A DNA stretch of 64,000 bases from Podarcis liolepis (lineage: Eukaryota). The notes below the pieces were generated by a model. The model was not told the origin of the DNA. It saw nothing but the letters and a program-made list of their open reading frames with translations, and did not search any database. The stretch lies in the NCBI GenBank assembly GCA_965112155.1, contig OZ218102.1; one strand, 5' to 3'. Positions 1-12,334 of the stretch are shown here, in pieces; the stretch's first letter is position 1; each line of letters opens with the position of its first letter. The position numbers were made by a program, and so were the translations under genes.

Positions 1-131
1 CAAATGACACTGACAACAGCAAAATCAAACTCCCTTTGGGTGCCATTCTGTTGGCAGAAAAACGTGGCATATAAAAATGAACATGACAGTGTAATGTTGC
101 CTTCAGTTTTTGCTGATTTATTAAAGTACTC

Positions 132-615
132 AATAAACACACAAGACGTAACTGGCTGTAAACTATTCATTGTATCGAATTGTAGACTTCAACAGAAGTC
201 TCATAAAGTTCAACAAAAAAAGCAGACGATCAAGTGGATCAGTTCAACCACTACTATCCTATAAGACCCACTATCCTGTAATATTACATATGAGCCTGTT
301 CTACTGATGAAGCCTAGGATGGCGAAACAAGGCTAATATTCCGGAAATCATTGTCTTAGACTCTGTGAAAGGATTCTGTGGAACTGTAGCAACCCTTCAT
401 GTGGATTATTGGACTCTTTGAACAGACAGGTGGAATAGATACTTTTACATGTATGGACCTTATGCATGAACTGACTAGAGAATGAACTGATCCACTGGAT
501 CTTCTGCTTTTTCGTTGAACTTTATGAGATTTCTGTTGAAATCTACAGTTCGATACAATGAATAGTATAACTTATTTATTCAAAAGTACATCCGGTTACG
601 TCTTGTGTGTTTATT
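132..615 (+). mobile_element. Penelope-like element pseudo-LTR remnant with inverted partial copy of its end
   Basis: 132-246 is the near reverse complement of 483-615; the right arm has an extra insertion of about 20 nt. A hammerhead core lies between the arms. Inverted pLTR ends plus a hammerhead motif are typical of Penelope-like elements. No RT or GIY-YIG ORF is seen. Confidence 0.7.
292..363 (+). ncRNA. Type I hammerhead ribozyme motif (possibly degenerate)
   Basis: CTGATGA at 304-310, one extra A, stem II GCC/GGC (312-314/321-323), GAAA at 324-327, stem III CAA/TTG (328-330/351-353), GTC cleavage triplet at 353-355, and an imperfect stem I (gag..tcta / ttagactc). Confidence 0.6.
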
Positions 616-889
616 ATGTTTCACATAACCATAGGTTTGTTGTTGTTGTTGATTTGTTAAAGTAAGCATTTCCTTTTCATTGCACAATTGCAGATGCTGA
701 ATCAGAATTCTGATTTTACAACATATTAATTTTGTGTACATACAAAAGTCTTAGTAGAAATGGATGTGTATTTACACACATACCGGTATATTCCCCATAA
801 TGTATTTTGTTTCTGCTAATCATCAGGCAAAGAACTTTGCAAATAATTGAAGTAGTACTCTTATACTATTATTATATGCCCTGATCACT

Positions 890-978
890 TCATTTCCCAT
901 CCATTCTTCCATCTGCACCCTCAAGGTCCAGAGATTTCTCTAGATCATTCACGCATTTCCAAGCCTGAAGCTTGTTTT
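890..978 (-). CDS. Candidate terminal exon of an unidentified minus-strand gene
   Basis: Strong acceptor ctttcttttctgtttcag at 980/979. The longest frame reads (E)NKLQAWKCVNDLEKSLDLEGADGRMDGK*; another frame gives KQASGLEMRE*. No homolog recognised. Confidence 0.3.
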
Positions 979-1088
979 CTGAAACAGAAAAGAAAGTCAA
1001 AGTTCTCGGCATACTTAATTTCTGTACCCAGTACCAACTGCACCTATGGGGCATAATGGCAGAATCTATACAGTCAGTCTTCAAGAAA

Positions 1089-1130
1089 ACATAGCCTGTA
1101 TTGGCTCTTACATAGCCTGTAATGGCTCTT
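1089..1130. repeat. 21-bp tandem duplication
   Basis: acatagcctgtattggctctt followed by acatagcctgtaatggctctt (1 mismatch). Confidence 0.9.
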
Positions 1131-1533
1131 ACACTAACAATCTGTCCTTCGTTTTTCCTTCATTTTTCCTTATGAAGGGGTGATTCAAAATGTAAGCTTT
1201 CACCCTGTACCTCACACATACAAAACCTTGCGCATGGCTGTGCTTCACACACACAAACAATTTTAGAATCAGCAAGCCTTTATATATAGACCAACTGCAA
1301 ATCTTATAAAATTTAGTGAATGATATTCTCATCAAATACAATGAACCTTCCTTTATTGTTTATATGTATTTTTAAAACACAAAATTATGTGTTCATCATA
1401 TTATAATTATGCACGTACACTATACATTGGAAAATCACCACACTCTGACATATTAATATAAACTAAGGGTTTACCAACACAACTTTGCTGCAAATGTTCA
1501 AAATGTGTTAAACTGATGTCAGCATCTCAGTAA

Positions 1534-1905
1534 NNNNNNNNNNNNNNNNNNNNNNNNNNNNNNNNNNNNNNNNNNNNNNNNNNNNNNNNNNNNNNNNNNN
1601 NNNNNNNNNNNNNNNNNNNNNNNNNNNNNNNNNNNNNNNNNNNNNNNNNNNNNNNNNNNNNNNNNNNNNNNNNNNNNNNNNNNNNNNNNNNNNNNNNNNN
1701 NNNNNNNNNNNNNNNNNNNNNNNNNNNNNNNNNNNNNNNNNNNNNNNNNNNNNNNNNNNNNNNNNNNNNNNNNNNNNNNNNNNNNNNNNNNNNNNNNNNN
1801 NNNNNNNNNNNNNNNNNNNNNNNNNNNNNNNNNNNNNNNNNNNNNNNNNNNNNNNNNNNNNNNNNNNNNNNNNNNNNNNNNNNNNNNNNNNNNNNNNNNN
1901 NNNNN
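1534..1905. other. Assembly gap
   Basis: Run of N. Confidence 1.
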
Positions 1906-2283
1906 CATATTTTGACAGCGCTGGCATAGACATTATTACCACCTGCCATGCAATGAACTACAACAAAATTATCAAATTCCTTCAAATATAATGGATTTTT
2001 CTTTCCCCCCACCTTAAGATGGATTTTTTTTTACATCTACAGAACAAATGGCAGAAATTAAGAACAGTTTACAACCATAACATTTGAACAAAAAACATAG
2101 CCGCTACGTGCCTATAGCAAGCATGTAGATAAGAAGAGAAATTAAGGCTTGATTGCCAGAAACACTTTATAGAAAGGTGAGACATATACAACGAAGCCCC
2201 TCTGAATTATAAAAAGACAAGATCAAACGGAATTCACATATATTTAATCAAATGACAACCATCAAGACTCTAGACATTCTTAC

Positions 2284-2326
2284 TTGTATTTTATATTACT
2301 GCCACATTCAGTTGCTGGTATGGCTC
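2284..2326 (-). CDS. Candidate 43-nt internal exon
   Basis: Acceptor tgttactgcccgcag and donor AA|GTAAGA; open frame (G)AIPATECGSNIKY(K). Splice-signal evidence only. Confidence 0.25.
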
Positions 2327-4947
2327 CTGCGGGCAGTAACAATAGCTTAAGTCAAGATTACAATGCCAGGCTAGATTTGTTTTGAAAGTCTACACAAATA
2401 CATATGCATCTATGTTCATAATTGCAGACACATGATGAGCAGCAGATAAAGCCTGTACATCCCAGGTTTCAGGTTTTCTTTAGCAATTAGCAAAATTAAT
2501 GACTATCAGTAGTGAAAACAGTGCCTTGTAAAATGTTTGTATAGGAGTTATCAAACACTTCATAAAAGAATGAATAACTAAAGTAGTATTTACTCAGGAT
2601 TATGGCATTTTTTTTGCCACATTAAGGTGTAAAACACAAATTCTTAAAATTAACTGGGAGGCAAAAAGGAGTTTCCAATAAATAATGATAATAACATGAA
2701 ATAAGAATGTACTGGTGTGATTCATACACACATAAACAAAATGCAATATTTATGCACTATTCAACTCATTTCATATTACACCATCAGGGATCAGATTAGT
2801 CCATGATACACAGTAATACAGTCTGGACTGCAATTGGCACAACAAGTTACTTGCTTTCATACACTCATTTTTTAAAAAAGAAATGAAGAGGTTTCTGTCA
2901 TTTGTCTAACACATATTACTACTTTGTATAACGGTCTCAGGAGTAACAATCTCCTTGTGTTATGAATAGTTTACATATCATTAAATAATCTTTGATTATT
3001 CGAGAAAAGTGGGGAAGAATCTCATGCATCAGTTTAAAACAACGAGTTTTCTTCCCTTTAGCAAAACAAAATGCACATATTTAGAAGTCTGATCCTGTAA
3101 GCTGCTGAGTAAGCATAGGCCATAATTAGAGTTTCTGTTCTAGTGCTCAGACTGGACCTCAGCCCAGATGCTAGTGGCGAGAAGACAAGCTCAGTCTTCC
3201 TGCTCAGTTCATGTTTGCATTGGCTCAGAGTTTCCTACACTAAGCATGCTCACATTTCATTGTATGCCAAGACTGGACAGCCTCCCTCCCTCGTTCTAAA
3301 AAGAGGAGAGGTGCAAAGAGCATTTCTCCATGAACAAGTGCAGTGGCAGCTGATAAAGGAATATGCCCACATTTTTTTGTTTTGTTTTCTGTTTATTTAT
3401 ATGTTGCAGACATTGTGCATTAGTCACCCCCCCATAGTCATTTTGTGATTGAACCCCACAGAACTTTCTCAAAATTTCACATGTGCCCATTGGTCTAATA
3501 AGACTGGTGACGTCTATTCTAGAAAAAAAGGCAGACTGGCAAACAACTGGTCAAACTTGCAGGCTGCTGCCTGTACCAGAATGTTTGAGAGAAACCGTAA
3601 TAGGCACTGGTCACTAGGAATCTTTTGACTCAGCAACCCAGAAGCTCCTGACATGTCTCCAGATAATCTCAATTCATGCCACACTCAGCATAGGGATGCT
3701 ACCAAAATCCAATATTCACACAAACCCCATTATGTTGGAATGCTGACAGATCCCTGTAAGAGATTGCCATAATTTCCAGAGAGACAGAAGAGTTTTAATG
3801 CTTAGCTGGAGTCAGTCAGAGCCATGCCCTCCCAGGCCATGTGGAAAAAGGTCTGCAAGGCAGGAAGCAGGACTCGCAGCCAATATATTTTTTTGTCCAA
3901 AGAATGTTTAAAAAATAATTTGTTATCATCTAAGATATTGATTTACTTTTGGATGAATGATGAGAGCAGGAATTCTTCTGAGAATATTGAATATATCTCG
4001 GTATTAGGCATGATTTTTTAAAAATCATGCTGTTGTTTAAAAATTTATGCATGAAATAAATGATGATGATGATGATAAGCAGTGATAGGCAAATAGGCAC
4101 AAGAGTACTTCTATATTACTTTTGAAACAGTGATAAGATGTCATAAGAAACACAAATTACTTAACGTCGCTATGCTTATTAACACAGCATAGGTGCAGTA
4201 TGTATATAATCATACATATTCACTGTATGACTGTATTAATGTCACATTTTTGCCTTTTTATGAGCAAGTACTATCCCCTGGAAGCTCATCAACAAATAAT
4301 AAATCCTGCTGTCACAGGTAAATAATTTATTAAATAAGTTTTATTACTAATAATTATGGAAAATGAAATTGTTTGCCATTTTTGTCAAACAAAGTCAACC
4401 ATGGTTTCCATCCTAGGAAGGAGATACAAAAACCAATTCACATATCAATTCTGTACTTTGCTGACACCTATTCTTTACCATTTGAAGTCTACCTGATACA
4501 AATGAGAGCCTACAGAATCCCTGCTGACAGTAGATGCGCATAGATACATTGATTAATGCCACAGTCTGTATGCCGCTTTTTAAGGTTCTGATGTCGCAGC
4601 TGGGTGGGACAGCCTGATCCTACGAATGCATACAGCCATTTTTCATCAGAATTATTTTTATTTCTAAATTGCCATCAATGTACACCATAAGTGGTGCTTT
4701 ATATAAGCATACAAGAGAGGCTTCTGTCCTAGCCTTAATCTTGACCTGCAACTCCTACAGTGGAGTCCTATGTGGGGTAGGTTAGTCAGCCCTGGCAGGT
4801 TAGACACTTGCCTCTCAAAGTCCCTTTCCTGCATACCCTCTTGAAGATACAGCTATGCACCAGGAAAGGGCCACTCTTGCAGAAGGCTCTTCAGTTGTCT
4901 GTCTGATTTTCCGGATGCCTGCCACCAGCAGCGCACCAAACTAGCTA

Positions 4948-5199
4948 CAGTGATGCCCCGCAAGACGAATGCCTCGCAAGACGAAAAACTCGCTAGACGA
5001 AAGCGTTTTCGGTTTTGCGTTGCTTCGCTAGACGAATTTCCCTATGGGATTGCTTCGCAAGATGAAAACGTCTTGCGCTTTTTTCTTAAAGCCGCTTGAA
5101 GAGGCGCAGTTGCGATGAACCGTGCTTCGCAAGATGAAAAACATCGCAAGACGAAAAGACTCGTGGAACGAATTCTTTTCGTCTTGCGAGGCACCACTG
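4948..5199 (+). mobile_element. Tc1/mariner (Tigger-like) MITE, family A, short core
   Basis: TA TSD; TIR CAGTGATGCCCCGCAAGACGAA...TTCGTCTTGCGAGGCACCACTG; repeated CGCAAGACGAA subterminal motifs. Confidence 0.9.
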
Positions 5200-6307
5200 T
5201 ACTATTTCTTCTACACCACAGAGAAGATGGCTGGCATTGGACCAAGGAAACAAGAAATCACCTTGTGCTACATCAGGGACATGAATTCAGTTGTATACTC
5301 TGTTGTCACTATAGGATTGAACTCTGAGCCATTAAGGATATGAAGGATATGTTCTGAACTATCTTTAAACAATTTAATAAGGAAACAACTTGTATTTAGA
5401 AATCACACTGCAATGATTTCTTAGGTGCACATGTCTAAAACATGCCCTGGAAAGGGCTTTCCAAGAGTCTATAATATCTGGTATTTGATACACGTATGCA
5501 ATCCATATCATCAGACTAGATCACAGATTGTCAGAGACTGAGCATTCGGAGGTGCCTCATGTCTCAGAAATCAAACGTCTCTATGCTCAGAAGAGAGCAA
5601 TCAGTGCAATAGTCCTTGCATTATGGAACACATCCAAGTAGGATGAGGCAGATGCCAGCATTGCATGGTGTTGACATGAAAACACTTTCTCCCCCCAGCA
5701 AGCACTTCCAAAATATTGATTTCATCTAATCACTTTTAAGGATGCATGCTAATCTATATTTCATTCCGTTGTAAATTGTTTAGAGATCTGTTATTTTAGG
5801 CAGTATTTTAAGCAACGCCAACAACAATAGAGAGAGTGAGAATTGCAGTGGTTGACCTCAAACTATGTAAGCGAAGGAAATGTTTCCCTGCAGGGTTTAT
5901 TGTAAGTGCTAACTGCTTGCCAAAGAACAATCAGGAGTGCATGTTAAGGATCCTGACAGTTCAATTGCAGTTCCACTGCCCTACATCTGATGTCACACAC
6001 AATGTCAGGTGTGGGGTACATGGACAGGGTTTGGGGAAATGGCCTCGTGGGCTAAATTAGGAATGTGTTGGGCCTAATTTGGCCCATGGGCTGGTGGTTA
6101 CCCACTGCTGGTTAACAATGCCTTTACAGATTGTGTAATAATGCCTTTACAGATTGTATAACCATCAGCCAACCCTTATGGCAATTCAGCTGTTCCTGAG
6201 GCAATGCTAAAAATGTGATCTTCTTAGCAGTAGCTGTCAACACGAAGGATGTGGGAGGAAAGTCTTGAGATATAGCTGTGCTATGGGTCTGAAGCCATGC
6301 GAGACCT

Positions 6308-6430
6308 CCACCTTGCAGAAGCTAAGCAGGTTGGGAGTCTGGTCAGTGCCTTGATTGGAGGCCTCCTTGGAACCACGCTGGGTTCCATGGTGGAAGAAAG
6401 AAAATACGTGAAAGAAAAGAAATAAGCCAA
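6308..6430 (+). mobile_element. 5S rRNA-derived SINE (SINE3-like) remnant
   Basis: GAAGCTAAGCAGG...CTGGTCAGTGCCTTGATTGGAGGCCTCCTTGGAA resembles the 5S rRNA box A to box C region, followed by a non-5S purine-rich tail. Confidence 0.6.
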
Positions 6431-7074
6431 AAGGAAATTTTTAATTATGGGTACTATAAAAAACATATTTTAAAAGGTATTCTTAATACTTAAGCAAACT
6501 ATGATATCAATATAATAAGCAGATACTGACTCCTGCCTTTTTCTAAACTTAATCAAGCCCTGCAGTTAGAGAGATCAGCTTGCCCCAGACAAACAGAAAG
6601 AATGCATCAATTCCAATTCTTCCTTCATTAAAATATCATCTGTTGATTTAGTCAGAAATTCTCTGTCATACAATGCAATGATTTGATAGCCACAATTAGA
6701 CCAGGAGAGTTCCTAGAAACAGAAGAGCAGCAGCTGGAGTTCTATAAATCATTTTTTTAAAAAACAATGGATATAAAGAGATGTATGCTTATTTGTTAAT
6801 TTTAGATACATTATATGTATAGTACATTATATGGGAAGAAATATGGGTCAGATTTCAAAGTAATCACCTCACTTTTGAGAATTACAGAATGACAATGATT
6901 TTCCAGAAGTAGCAGTAGCTAGACCATGAATTTTAACATTTCTCATGAAAAGGAGATTTTGTTCAGTATCTATAGTTTTAAATTTGAAGAATGAAATCAC
7001 CCATCCTTTCAAAATCTCATAAATACGGGATTGTTATCTAATCACCAAACACATTACTGTAAAGGACTGATGTC

Positions 7075-7138
7075 CAAAGCAGTTTGACTTCACCCCCAGA
7101 AGCACACTCCATTGTCTCTGCACTCAGATGGATGCCAG
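7075..7138 (+). mobile_element. RTE-type 3' end fragment
   Basis: gcagtttgacttcacccccagaagcacactccattgtc matches the 3' end of the element at 48260-48300. Confidence 0.6.
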
Positions 7139-7502
7139 GAACTATGGATTTTGAGCAGCCCCGTGTGGAACAGAGCATAGCCTATCCTCTATGTTCACTT
7201 TTGATCCCTGGTGTCCACTCTGAGTCACGTCTCAGGCTCATCCGCTCCTGAAATTCCCCTTCATTTCACAAGTATGTTTTTGTTTCAGTTCCCCAGAGGG
7301 AGTGGTCTGTAAGAAACATTGCCACAGGAATGCCTGTGACGCATTTGGCTTTGCCCATTGTCAAACAGCTTCATAACAATAGATGCTGATGCTGCCAGCG
7401 CCATTTGCATTGTTATTCACTTATGTTTGAAATCCACTGTGACTAACATTAAAGCTGCGTGAAAATAAATCTGGGTGGCAGAGAAAATATTTGATTTGAA
7501 TA

Positions 7503-7720
7503 CAGTGATATCTCAGGTTACAGACGCTTCAGGTTACAGTCTCCACTAACCCAGGAATATTACCTCAGGTTAAGAACTTTGCTTCAGGATGAGAACAGAA
7601 ATTGCGCGGCCGCGGCAGCAGGAGGCCCCATTAGCTAAAGTGGTACCTTGGGTTAAGAACAGTTTCATGTTAAGAATGGACCTCCAGAACGAATTAAGTT
7701 CTTAACCCGAGGTACCACTG
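7503..7720 (+). mobile_element. Tc1/mariner (Tigger-like) MITE, family B
   Basis: TA TSD; CAGTGATATCTCAGGTTA...TAACCCGAGGTACCACTG termini; internal GGTTAAGAA repeats. Confidence 0.88.
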
Positions 7721-8354
7721 TAGTTTAAAACATACCAAGTAGAATTCTCACACCGTCATGACATCTCTAAATTAACTGAGGGGCATATACTGATTCTGAG
7801 GGATAGCACTGGTAACTTGAAAGTGGTATAAACTGCAGCCCATATAAGAAGTTTCAAGCACTGGAAAGGAGAGAAGCTAGGTCTTAGGGAAAAAATCTCT
7901 CCATTCTATGCCTATCTGATTGACAATATACAGTGAAGAAAATTCTGCCCTATTTTGAAGACATAGAATCACAGAATCATATACACTAGGTCTCCTCAAA
8001 TACTATTAATGAAGTGTGAAGACCAACATTAGCTTAGCAGCAACACATGGCATTGCTATCAGTGGGGAAGTTTAAGAAAGTACAAAGAGCTAACTATAGC
8101 AACTTTAAAATATTCACAATCAGTGGCCCAACCAGAGCCAGCATGGTCCCAGTCCCACTTCTTCTTGGGTGAGATGATGGATGGGTTAGTTTCAAAGTGA
8201 AAATATTGGTGAAATTATTTAGAAATGGTGTCATTGTGGAAACGGTGTCTAAGATCCAACCAACAATATACCGTAGCATATCATTTATATCATGCAGTTT
8301 AGTTCTATGTGACAATTTAAACCTTAAATCTGTATTGTTATATTATACTCTACA

Positions 8355-8489
8355 CAGGGTGGGGGAAACTTTTGGGTCTTCAGAGGCTGCTGAACTACAA
8401 CTCCCATCAACCCTGGCCATTTGCCATACTTGGTGCTGATGGGAGTTATAGTTCAGCAAGCTCTGGAAGAGAAAAGTTCCCCACACCTG
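8355..8489. mobile_element. Short palindromic hAT-type MITE
   Basis: Core GAACTACAACTCCCATCA...TGATGGGAGTTATAGTTC; CAGG/CCTG ends; imperfect 8-bp TSD ctctacac/ctctccac. Confidence 0.75.
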
Positions 8490-9523
8490 CTCTCCACAGT
8501 TTATGAATAGATGCTTGCTAGCATCTGCAAACAGTTTTGGTGAGAAAGGGAAGATGTAACTGAAATTTCTTTCAATTCTTCTTGCCTTAGAAATTAATGG
8601 GAGATGCTTTAATTAACAGAATCTTTCACTGTGTTCATATCGATCAACTGTTTGCTCAATAGCTTGCATGCCCACAGAGGATTTACACTTTGAATAGCTG
8701 AATTAGCAGCATTCTGGGTACAAAAAGACTGCTGTGAGTATGCCAGAATTTTACCTGTAGGTTACGCATTATCTAAAAACAACAAAATGCCCACAATTAA
8801 CTAAACATTTCTGTAGTCTACTTGCTTCAGAGTAGTCTTGCATAAAAGTGCAAATCAGATCCATCATACTTAATTCATAAAACTGGGATATTTACAAAAA
8901 TCTTGTACTATTTCAGCTAATAATAATAATCATTTGTATACTACCCTTCACCTGCAGATCTCAGAGCAGTTCACAACATAAAAATACAAGATAATAACAC
9001 AAAATACATAATAAAAACAACAAGACCAACAACAAAAACACAAGCACACCATGAAGAACATGCGAAGGGCCTTCCTATAATGACTGAAGAACGAAAATGC
9101 AACAAATCAGCATAGAAAACTGTTAAGCAATATACATTGGGATAAATCATTTTACATATACTGAGATATTTCAAAAAGGCTGAATCCCTTCATACACACT
9201 GCCTAATGTGGTGACTGATTCCATGTGGTATGATGCTAAGCTGCAATGCTGAACCATCATATAAAGCATCATTTTCCACCAAAAGTCAGGAGCTTCAAAT
9301 GCCAGCTTATCTGCCCAGTTTACAATACAATCTAAGAGGGAAATTGTTTTTCTAGACAAAGAGGCAAATTAAAATCTTAGGTTCACAATGGTATTTCACA
9401 ACAATGAAGTCAAAGGAGTTAAATACTATGGGCGGTATCCATCTAAATAGAAATTAAATCCTGGTGCAACTCTGCACATTTTTGTTTCACATAGCATGGT
9501 GTATGACAAGGTTTTCAAATATA

Positions 9524-9933
9524 CAGGCAACTCCTCATTTACGCAGGGATGACGTTCAGAGGCACCACACGTTTAAGTGAAATCATGTACCGTATATTGG
9601 GCACACCATTGAAAAAGTTGGCAAATACCCACTAAACCTCTGGAAACCCCTGAAAAAGCCTTAAAAAAACCAAAACTCCACCAAACTCCACCACAATCAC
9701 TCCCTCCAAACCTCCTTGCTCAAATGCCAAGTTTCCACAGGCCTCAAAGGTCAGGGCAAGGGCTCATGGGTTTGTACTTGCAAAGGCTCATGGGATTGCT
9801 AGGCACTGTTTTTGCTCTTTCTGTGCTATTTTAGGACTCTTTTTGCCCTTCTTCTATTAACATATTGGTTTGTGGCAATGCATGCTTGTGCAACCACACA
9901 CATATTGAACACACATAAAATGGTCATTGCCTG
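9524..9933. mobile_element. Older Tigger-like non-autonomous DNA transposon
   Basis: TA|CAGGCAA...TTGCCTG|TA termini. Confidence 0.6.
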
Positions 9934-9937
9934 TATA

Positions 9938-10280
9938 CAGTGCTTTTCCCCCCTAAAAAAATGTTTAGGGGTACTCTCATTTTGACTCAAGAAAATCACC
10001 GGGAAAGGAAATGGAACCGCCATTGGAGGTAGTAACAACGAAACTGACCAATCACTGTGCTAGATTTCAATTCCTACTTCACACATTAAACGCTCGCTTC
10101 CGTCTGAGACTCAGGAAACACTGTGACAGGAAATGAGGCTGCCATCGGGGGTAGCAGCAGAACTGATGATTCACTGTGCTAAAGAAGAAACTAAAAATTA
10201 ATATATATTTTTAGTTTCTTCTTCCATTGGATTCACAAAATGTATGCCTCCCCCTGCCTCCCCCCCAGAAAAAGGCACTG
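9938..10280. mobile_element. hAT-type non-autonomous element
   Basis: TIR CAGTGCTTTT...AAAGGCACTG; 8-bp TSD cctgtata/tctgtata (7 of 8). Confidence 0.7.
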
Positions 10281-10596
10281 TCTGTATACAATGCTCTTCA
10301 TTTCAGAGTCATAGTTACAGGTATGTAGAGTTTTGACAGGCACACCTGAGAAGTGAAGCATAAGTACTGAATGAAGAGCCATCTATAACAAGAACGAACA
10401 CATCCAAGAGGTAGAGTAGTGAAAGTAGAGTAGTGTAAGAGAGCAGGGTTCTATGAAAAATCTCAGCCAAAGACTTTGGGTGGTCTTAGGCAAGTTTCTA
10501 TCTTCAAACCCCATCCAACTCCCAACATTTAATAGGGATGTTGTAAGGATGGGTAGATCATACCAGTCATAGTATGTCGAATACTATGTTTATACT

Positions 10597-10924
10597 CAGG
10601 GGTGATGTGTCCCATTTCGCTGCTTGAGGTGAAACAGGAAGTGCTGCACCGTCTTCCTCAGCCACCGTGCCACCCATCTCCACCGGCATTGCCAGTTGTG
10701 CCACCTCTGTTGTTGCCAGAGAAGCAGCGCCAGTACTGATTTTCACCAAGTCCTTGCCAAAAACCTCACAAAGATTCCATGAGACTTCATGAGATTTTGG
10801 CGAGATCTTGCAAGATCCTTCTGGAAATCAACACCAGTTCTGGAGGCATTGTGTCAGGTGTCATCTTGAGGGCTTCCACCTCAAGGCAGCTGCCTCATCC
10901 TGCTTTATGGATGGGCCAGCCCTC
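10597..10924. mobile_element. Degenerate hAT-like element
   Basis: GC-richer block starting CAGGG and ending CCCT; tatact repeated on both flanks. Confidence 0.45.
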
Positions 10925-11004
10925 CATATACTCAACAATGCAACAACAATTCAGATGATGTCAAATAAATCACCAAAGTGAATTTGCGACCAAAGGCTTT
11001 GTAC

Positions 11005-11185
11005 TGCTTTCTGTCAGAGATAGCATGTCTCTGAATACCATTTGCTGCAGATCATAAGTGTGGAGAGTCATGTTCCACAAGCAGGACCCAGGCACGATTT
11101 CCATAGGCATCTAGTTGGCCACTGTGAAAACAGGATGCTGGACTAGACATGCCTTTGGTCTGGTATAACAGGGCTGCTCTTATGT
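11005..11185 (+). mobile_element. CR1-type 3' end or CR1-tailed SINE fragment
   Basis: ggccactgtgaaaacaggatgctggactaga...gctgctcttatgt, a 3' terminus common in squamate CR1-related repeats. Confidence 0.6.
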
Positions 11186-12300
11186 ACATATGCTTAAGTT
11201 GGAAATACATGCCTACTCTGTATTAGTTTTGCAAACTGAAGATTTGCACATTTGAAAACAAAAATCTATATAAGTATCTGAAGTGCCTTATAGTTTAACA
11301 ACTCCCCTCCCCCAGACACATACAGAAAAAAAGATATTCTTCTGCTCTTTTGAACCCTTCAACATATTTGTTCTGCATTATTTTTTCATTCCCTGTTATC
11401 CCGGGGGCACTCAATGTTTAAATAACTCTCTCACATGTAAAGCTTTGCACTAAGTATCGATCAACTTTGGCTGGAAGTTACTATGAGGCATTTTTAATAA
11501 TCAGCCCAGCTGTTCTGAGAGCATCTGGAATATAACCTCAGGTAAACAGCACAGAACACAGAGAACTGTCCCTCCAGTAGCAACATCTCTTGCAACCTCA
11601 ATACTACTGCTAATACTTCTTCAAAGAGAAAACTCAATTCTTATTTCAACAAGGAAGATTAGAAGGTAATTTTATACCATCCATACATCTTCTGCATGAA
11701 AGAACATAACAACTGTATAGTTTGATATCTTACAAACTATGGGTCTTTTAGAAGAGATTAAAGAGTTTCCCTGTTTGTTTATGAAGCTAGTGATTTAAAA
11801 AACAAAAACAAGGTGAAATACAGTGTACTATGGGCTTGATTCATACCTGTACGTTCATCACACACAAACCTTAGAATGAGCCAATACAGATCAAACGTCA
11901 CATCAGCTCAAACACAAATGTTTTCCCTGGATTCTGTTATCATGTAAAGCGGGGCACTATCAAGTGTAATCAAGTGATGTACATGAAAAAGCTGTGAGTA
12001 CAATTCACCAGGACATTCTCAAGTGACAGTGTCTTTATGACCAGATAACATATGACCAGATTCTGCCCCCCCAACTACTGAAGAAGCATCATCTTCACAA
12101 TGGCACTCAATGTTGCCAATGAGAAATTAGCTACACATACTATTCTAAGAGATCCGTTAGTCACCTGAGACTTTTCTGTTATGCAAGGAAACACCCTTCC
12201 ACGAGTGGAAGATTCCCCCTGAATTGAATACAATCCCTGGAGACCTAGATATCAAAAATTGACCCCCTCTCTTCCCAACTCCCCCCCCCCGGAAGCAAAA

Positions 12301-12303
<3 letters not shown>

Positions 12304-12332
<29 letters not shown>
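12304..12332. repeat. (TG)n microsatellite
   Basis: Direct reading. Confidence 0.95.

Positions 12333-12334
<2 letters not shown>

Noticed and set aside
805-830. Minus-strand CTGATGA...GAAAC as a second hammerhead
   Set aside because: Only a 1-bp stem II and no stem I/III partner.
1508-2012. Long ORFs in the track
   Set aside because: Artefacts of translating the N gap; the same applies to the ORFs at 57977-58238.
4493-4620. Minus-strand open frame DQAVPPSCDIRTLKSG... as an exon
   Set aside because: Weak acceptor and weak donor (GTAGAC); not enough support.
6308-6375. 5S rRNA gene
   Set aside because: Diverged and partial, lacking the 5S 5' end and a T-run terminator; treated as SINE or pseudogene.
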